A DNA stretch of 64,000 bases from Histomonas meleagridis 2922-C6/04-290x (lineage: Eukaryota > Protista > Parabasalia). Where the stretch lies: NCBI GenBank assembly GCA_020184695.1, contig JAANOX010000079.1:87422-151421 (forward strand), written 5' to 3'. The notes beneath the pieces were generated by a model. The model searched no databases. It worked only from the letters and a program-made list of their open reading frames with translations, and was not told the DNA's origin. Shown here piece by piece: positions 57,543-64,000 of the stretch. The first letter of the stretch is position 1. Each line of letters opens with the position of its first letter. The position numbers and the translations under genes are program-made.

Positions 57543-58832
57543 TTTTTTTGATATACTAACTTTAATCTAATGAATAATATAAGTAAAAATTTCTTTTAAT
57601 GTTTTTATATTTAGATTTTTGAATTATATATTTTCAATATGAATGATACAGTTAAATCTATATCCCTTTATTTATTTCATATGGATCCATTTTTTTTTTT
57701 TTTTGATAATTAATATTTTCAATAAATTATAATTTATTTTGATTAATTAAGTATTATAGATTAAATTTGTATTTATGATTTAATCTGTATATCCATATCA
57801 TATTTGTCGATTTTATAATAGGGAATTTTTCATATATTAGTATTTTAATATATTAGTATTTTAATATGTTAGTATTTTAATATATGATATATTGATTTAT
57901 TGGCTGTACAAAATTATAATAATTACTTATTACTAATTCAAACTTATAAACGAATATTCCTATTATACATGCAATTTTGCCTTTCCTTTATATGCATTAT
58001 AATTCAATATTTTACATATTATGCGTTTAATATTTATTTTCTATTATGAATTACATTCAGCCTCAGCAATCTTCATTTCCATTTATTGACAGTACTCTTG
58101 CTTATTTTTGGCTTTTTACCAATGAAGACGCAGCAATTCAATTCTATGGCTATTTATTTTTGATTACTTAAATTTGAATTTTCACGAAAATGTACGAAAG
58201 AATTTTGATTAGATCTATATAAATATAAAGTACTAATTATATTCTATTTAACAACATGCCTTATTATGAAATCCCATTGTTGAATTTTTTGCAATAATAC
58301 AAACTAGTAGCATATGAAAAAAAATTAAATTCGCTGAAAAAATTTATATATACTGTATTACTTTTAAATAGATATATTAAATTAAAGTATATATGCTAGA
58401 GTATATAAATATATTCATAACATCTTAAAATATTGAAAATATCGAAAAAATCAATAATGAATTTGCGATTCCAATTTTTTTATAAAAAAATACAAAATTA
58501 TATTTACTAAGGTGCCTATGTAACATGGTAAAAATTTGGTTCGATTTTATTATGGATAATGTTAATTTTTTAATGAGTTTTTTTCGCTTACACTACTCTC
58601 TTTCAAATTTTAAATAACCATATTTACCTCTTATTCGTACAAACGATACGAAAATTGAGAGTTTTTGTAGTAAAATTTACCACAAAAAAATTTGAAACAT
58701 TTAATTTTTGGCAGAAAATTGAGTTAAAATAAAAACAGCCATTCGATCGTAAATCGAACCGTTACTTTTGTCAAAAAAATAATTGAAAAAAATATTTTCA
58801 CTTCATTTTATTTCTGTCATGACGTTATTCTT

Positions 58833-58897
58833 GTTCTCGAAACTCGAAAACAGTTAGTTGGGACTCGAATCCCAAATCTCAGTTTGAGATCGAGAAC
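58833..58897 (+). other. Perfect tRNA-like cloverleaf without Pol III boxes
   Basis: Stems GTTCTCG/CGAGAAC, AACT/AGTT, TTGGGA/TCCCAA and ATCTC/GAGAT, all Watson-Crick. Confidence 0.4.
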
Positions 58898-59278
58898 GTT
58901 CATGTTTGATAATTTCCAATAATTTAAAAAAATGTCGTTTTTAGAAACTCAAAGTGCGACAGTAATTAGCTACAGGAGATTCACAATTTTGCGCCAAAGC
59001 AGCGATTATCATGAAATTGTCGTATTTACAAAAAAAAAATTATAAAAAGAAATTTTATTTTGACTTTTTACATATGAGAATCTTAAATTTTCATTTGTTG
59101 AGCTCTATTTATTAATAAAAATGATTTCTTACATTTTTAAATTTTTTGTGGTAATTTTTTCATATTTCTATCCAATTGTTGCGAAAGATTTAAATAATGA
59201 TAACCTTAAATTTGCATTAATTAAAGAAAATATTATAAATTTTATCATCTCTCATTTTTTTATTAATTTTTTTCATAT

Positions 59279-60502
59279 TTGGCGCCAAAATCATATACTC
59301 TAATGATATTCGACGAAGAACCAAAAAGCTTTATTATTCAGGAAATGGAAAAAAAACTGAATAAACTCAAAAAGATCAAATCCAATCGCCACGATACTCA
59401 CGCGTCAAAAAATATTCAACCCACCATGGATATTTTAACTGAATCGGAATTGCCACGTGGTTCATTAACTCGAATTCAAGAAGCCACTGGCATTCCTAAA
59501 TCAACACTCAGTTTTTGGCACCAGAAAAGGAATGAAAATAAAGACTGGTTTCCAAATTGCGATAGGCATCCAAATCGTAGGGTATTTTCGAAAGAAACCG
59601 AAATGAGATTGGCAGAAAAAATTATACAACAAGTCGACTCTGGTTTTGGGCTCGCGACATTATCACTTAAGATGAAAGCTTTCTATGAGTTATCATTAAG
59701 TGGTAATCCAAAATATGAACGATTTTGCGCGTCTACTACATTTATAAGCGATTTCATGAAGCGTAATAAACTATCATATGAAAAACCACATGCAGAAAGG
59801 CGAACGAATATTAATAATGAAAATGTTCAAATCTTCCAAGATATATAATATTAATTAATTTCTCAGAAATATTCGAAAAAAAGGATTTTCAACATGGATG
59901 AAACATGTTGGAAAATTTCGAACACCCCAGCAAAAGTATTACACAAGATTGTAGTGCCAACGGTTAAGATTCAATTAATCCAAAACGAGAAATTAACTTT
60001 GATGGCCATCGCAACAATTAATGCAAATGGGTCAAAGTTGCCGCTTTGGATTATTGCCAAAGGAAAAACGAATAGGTCCGAGAAGAAATCTGAAAAATCA
60101 AACGAAAATTTGATTTTTACCCATACTGAACGTGGATGAGCTAATGATGATATTCTGATTTCCTATTTAGAATGGATTCATAATAAAGCCAATGGTGAAC
60201 CATGTGCCTTAGTTTGGGACATTTTTCCTACTCATCGAGCAGAAAATGTTAAGTTGAAAGCTCAAGAGTATCAAATTGAGCTAATATTTGGTTCAGCCGG
60301 GGGAACATCAAAATATCAACCTTATGATGTTAAGGTATTTGGGGAACTTAAATCAAGAGCTCGAAAAAAATTTGAGCATTTGGCTTTCAAGAACCAAACA
60401 TAAAACATAACATATCAAGTATCAATTGAAATTCTTGTTGAATCATGGCTCAGTATTTCTCAAGAAAATATCAAGAAATCTTGGGAGGTAATTAAACAAT
60501 AA
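59279..60502 (+). mobile_element. Third pogo-like DD35D transposase pseudogene
   Basis: HTH (TGIPKSTLSFW), NMDET, VWDIFPTH...QPYD (35-aa spacing); several in-frame stops. Confidence 0.85.
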
Positions 60503-60621
60503 AAAATTCAAAAATATCACAAATTTAAAGTCATAAGTTTGATGTGTTTTTTTAAATCATGAGCAATTCATCAGATAAATACAGCTTTTTCAGAAAAAAT
60601 AATTGGATTGATGAAATAAAC

Positions 60622-63194
60622 AGAGCCAGTCAAGCAAAATAGTTCTCGTGGAGTTGTATATTTAACTTTATATATATATTGCATATATGTTGTTAATAAC
60701 AAATTTTTAAAAAAAAATACTAGATTTTTCGATTTATTGTTGAGATAAATATATTTTTACATATATTTCCTTTGAATTAGTTTTAATCGGCAATAATGTT
60801 TTTGGGGCACCTCAATAGCACTTTTTCACAACTGGTATGGAACCCGTGGGAGGTAATTTTTCATTTATACTTTTTATTTTCTTGCAACACAGCACACATC
60901 TTATTTCTTCCCTTCTGGAAGATAGAATTCATGATTATTTTTCGATTTCGATTTTTTTCAGATTATTCATTCTTCCAACAATCTCCTCCGTTTTCTCACA
61001 ACACAACACACATCTTATTTCTTCCCTTTTGGAAGATAGAATTCATGATTATTTTTTGATTTAGATCATAAATTTCACTGCTAAATTTTTATTTATTTCA
61101 GTTGATAAATACGTTGAAGCAATATTCCCTTGCAACAATTGAAGAACCAGAAATACTATTATTATTCTTTTCTCTAAAGTTTAATGAAGGGTCTATAGAC
61201 AAGCATTTGATCAACGTTCTTAATTGAGTGCCTTTGTATTCATAATTCATATTATTAGCAATTGATGCCCTAAGTTTATCAATTTCCATTTTGCATGCAT
61301 TTACGTCAAAATTAACATGTTGCACTTCTCTTCCATTTAGGAAAACACCTGCATCTGAAGCTTTTCGGCTTGGGGGTAATTCTATTTTTAGTTCGTTTAG
61401 CAATTGATTTTTCAAAGTGTTTCTAGACAGGGAAGAAATAAAAACATCAACTCCAAGCTTGTTTTGCATTGTTGATCGCGTAATCCCAAATGTGTTTTCA
61501 ATGGGATGCGATGAAATGCGATTCAAGGCTAATTTTTCAGGATAATTTTTTAAGGCATAATACAATCCAATGATTGTATTTATCATTCGCTTTAAATTTA
61601 TCTTTTGAATAAAATCAAATGCTTCGAACATTCTATTAGAAATTTTCAGGCAATTCTTGAGAATGGTTAAAATATAATTGACAATATTCCCTGAAAAATA
61701 TGTGTTTAATGATATCTAAAATTCGTTTTCATGTGCTTAAAGAAATTTCCTTTGAATGAAGAACAGCTCCCCATAAACTGAATGGTAGTAAATAATAAAA
61801 ATGTGAATGCTTTTTATTTTTCATCATTATGTTTAAATTTTTGATTGAAAATGCATTCAATGCAAGTTTGTCATTGTATTTTGACAAACTAGTAGTATCA
61901 GAAAAAGCTTTGATTCTGGAAATTTCATAAAAACTACCAATTGAAATTATTTCTGTATTAGCCATTAATGAAACACAATGAAAAAGTCTACATCGTTGAT
62001 TCTTAATTATATGTAAGTAATCACTAATAGGCCATTGTTCGAATTGAATATATTGAATTATAGTTTTAAGTTCATAATGTAAATACTTGAAAATTTTTGT
62101 AAAATGATTTGAATGCCAAATATTTGTTCCTGTATCACCATCTGAACATTTAAATACAATTTAAATTTTTGAGACAATTCAATTAATTGTTGATCAAATA
62201 TTAATTTCATATCATTGTTCATTTGTCCTCCTTTCGAAGGAATAACAGAAACAGGAATACACTTAAAATCATGACATATTGGCTGAATTTGAATTAAAAA
62301 AACATTATTAACATTGTCATGAGTAAACAAAGGATGAGGTGATGCAACTGTTGCATCGATAGAGATTGAAACTGGAATTTTTTGTGACAGACAAAGCTTT
62401 TGAATTAAAATGTATTTTTGATTCAATTCATTTGATAGAAAGGAATTTTTAATATTTGAAATGGTACTGGAAAAGTTTTTGAATAAGATTGCTTTGCTTG
62501 GAATTTTAATTATTTCTCGAAGTAACTTATAAGCTTTGGGAGATATTATGTATAAAGCTTCACAAAATTTAATCATTTTATTAGAATATCTTCTGTGAGA
62601 ACTAAGACAATCATTTTTCAAACATTCTGAAAGAAACCAATTTTTGCTCAATATTCGAGTACATTTGAACCTCCAGTAATAAATTCATCTTTTTGGTCTT
62701 GCAAAAACTTGTAAATCACTTTGTAATTTAGCAATGCTCATCTTGAGGTATTTGTTTTCCTTCATTAAATGCTTATTTTGTTTGCTCAAATCCATTATTT
62801 TGATATTTGCTTGCATGAAATCAAAAGTGGATTTAAACGTTCTTCTAATAAACCATTAAAAATTAAATTTATTTTTAAAATAGATATATCTCAAAAACAA
62901 CACGAAAAATATGAGCATTCTGAGTGTTTGAAATGCTCTATATTGTGATTATTATAATATATTTTTAAATAAAGATTGATTCCACGAGCAATTATTTAGA
63001 AAAATGCCTTTATTTATTTCAACATGTATACAAATAATATTGTTATTATAATGATATAACACATAATTATTTTTAATTTTATGCTCTGCAATCTATAATA
63101 TATATTTTAATGTCTATCAAATAACAAGATATTATTGTTTTTGTTTTCACTTTTTGATAATAAATTGAAAGGGTGGTTTTGCTTGACTAGCTCT
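60622..63194 (-). mobile_element. P-element/THAP9-like DNA transposon with 18-bp TIRs and 8-bp TSD
   Basis: TIR AGAGC(C/T)AGTCAAGCAAAA; TSD AAATAAAC at 60614-60621 and 63195-63202. Decayed ORF with LYIISPKAYKLLRE...PS, SDGD, DYLHIIKNQRCR and RISSHPIENTFG. Confidence 0.9.
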
Positions 63195-64000
63195 AAATAA
63201 ACCTTTAAAAAAATGGTATATTATTTCACACTATTTTTAGCAAATGAATAAATGACAATTATTGTTTACGCTTCATCTCTCAATTATCATGAATAATAAA
63301 TCAGAGAAAACATAGACTAGCATAGAAAATCAATAACAAAATGAAATCATTGTCTAATAAAAAAAAAGATTTAAACAAACATAGTCAAATAAGTTTCCAT
63401 GCAATTTGTCACTTTTCGGTTTTTTTAAAAAATTATCATTCTATCTTCCCAGAAAATGAGTGAGTAAATAAATGCATAAATATTAAAACTCGTACAATAC
63501 CTATAACATTGGAATGAAACGATTTTGATTTCAATTTGTTTTTTGTCAAAAAAAAGTCGAAATGATTAATCACTTTTTCCCTTTTTTGAAGAATTTCATA
63601 TTTTCAATATATCAATTGATTGTGCTCATGATGTAGTTTAAAAAAATAATTTTCATAAATAATATTATTGTTTGTGTGTTGAGTTATATTTTATTTATAT
63701 TGAATGAAAAATATGTTAAAAATATGGATCTGAATTTAACATAATATTTAACACAGTAGGCATTAGTATATTCTAACTTTTGAATATTGTTCAAAATGTT
63801 TCTGTGTTGCCGATCTGATCGATGCGCAAATTTTTTTTTTTTTTTAATTTTTCTTATTTCAGTGACACATGACATCTAAATATTATTTACAAAATATCTG
63901 TTTGATTTTTTTTGAATTTTATGCAAAAAAAACATAGATATTAACGACAAAAATACAACAGAAAACGTATTCAATTATTTCAGTATATTTTGGGTAGGTA

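Noticed and set aside
60885-61057. About 58-bp direct repeat, plus small tandem repeats at 2421/2471, 30460-30500 and 57834-57881
   Set aside because: Ordinary local duplications in AT-rich DNA; the first lies inside the P-like element.

Overview
Very AT-rich eukaryotic DNA, most consistent with a parabasalid (Tritrichomonas/Trichomonas-like). This is inferred from BspA-like LRR surface proteins, DUF3447/ankyrin genes, compact uninterrupted housekeeping genes and Myb M3-like promoter motifs. The window has two halves. From 1 to about 40 kb it is gene-dense: small GTPases, COMMD2, SPCS3, a surface-protein cluster, an SR protein, a WRAP53-like gene, EB1, an importin-beta-like gene, CK2-alpha, a metallophosphoesterase, four ankyrin/DUF3447 loci and two tRNA-Lys(UUU) copies. 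From about 40 to 64 kb it is a graveyard of nested transposons: a zinc-finger non-LTR retroelement, three pogo DD35D transposases, mariners, a P-element-like unit with intact TIRs and an 8-bp TSD, and a satellite. The most striking unexplained signal is in the ankyrin genes. Their repeat exons are separated, at the same codon position of each repeat, by AT-rich spacers of almost invariant length. Seven of eight independent measurable spacers are exactly 71 nt. They lack GT-AG ends and mostly carry a TTGG motif exactly 21 nt before the next repeat's Thr codon. Removing them restores canonical 33-aa ankyrin repeats, which points to a non-canonical splicing, ribosome-bypass or DNA-excision system. 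All coordinates and counts were made by eye; no database searches were run.
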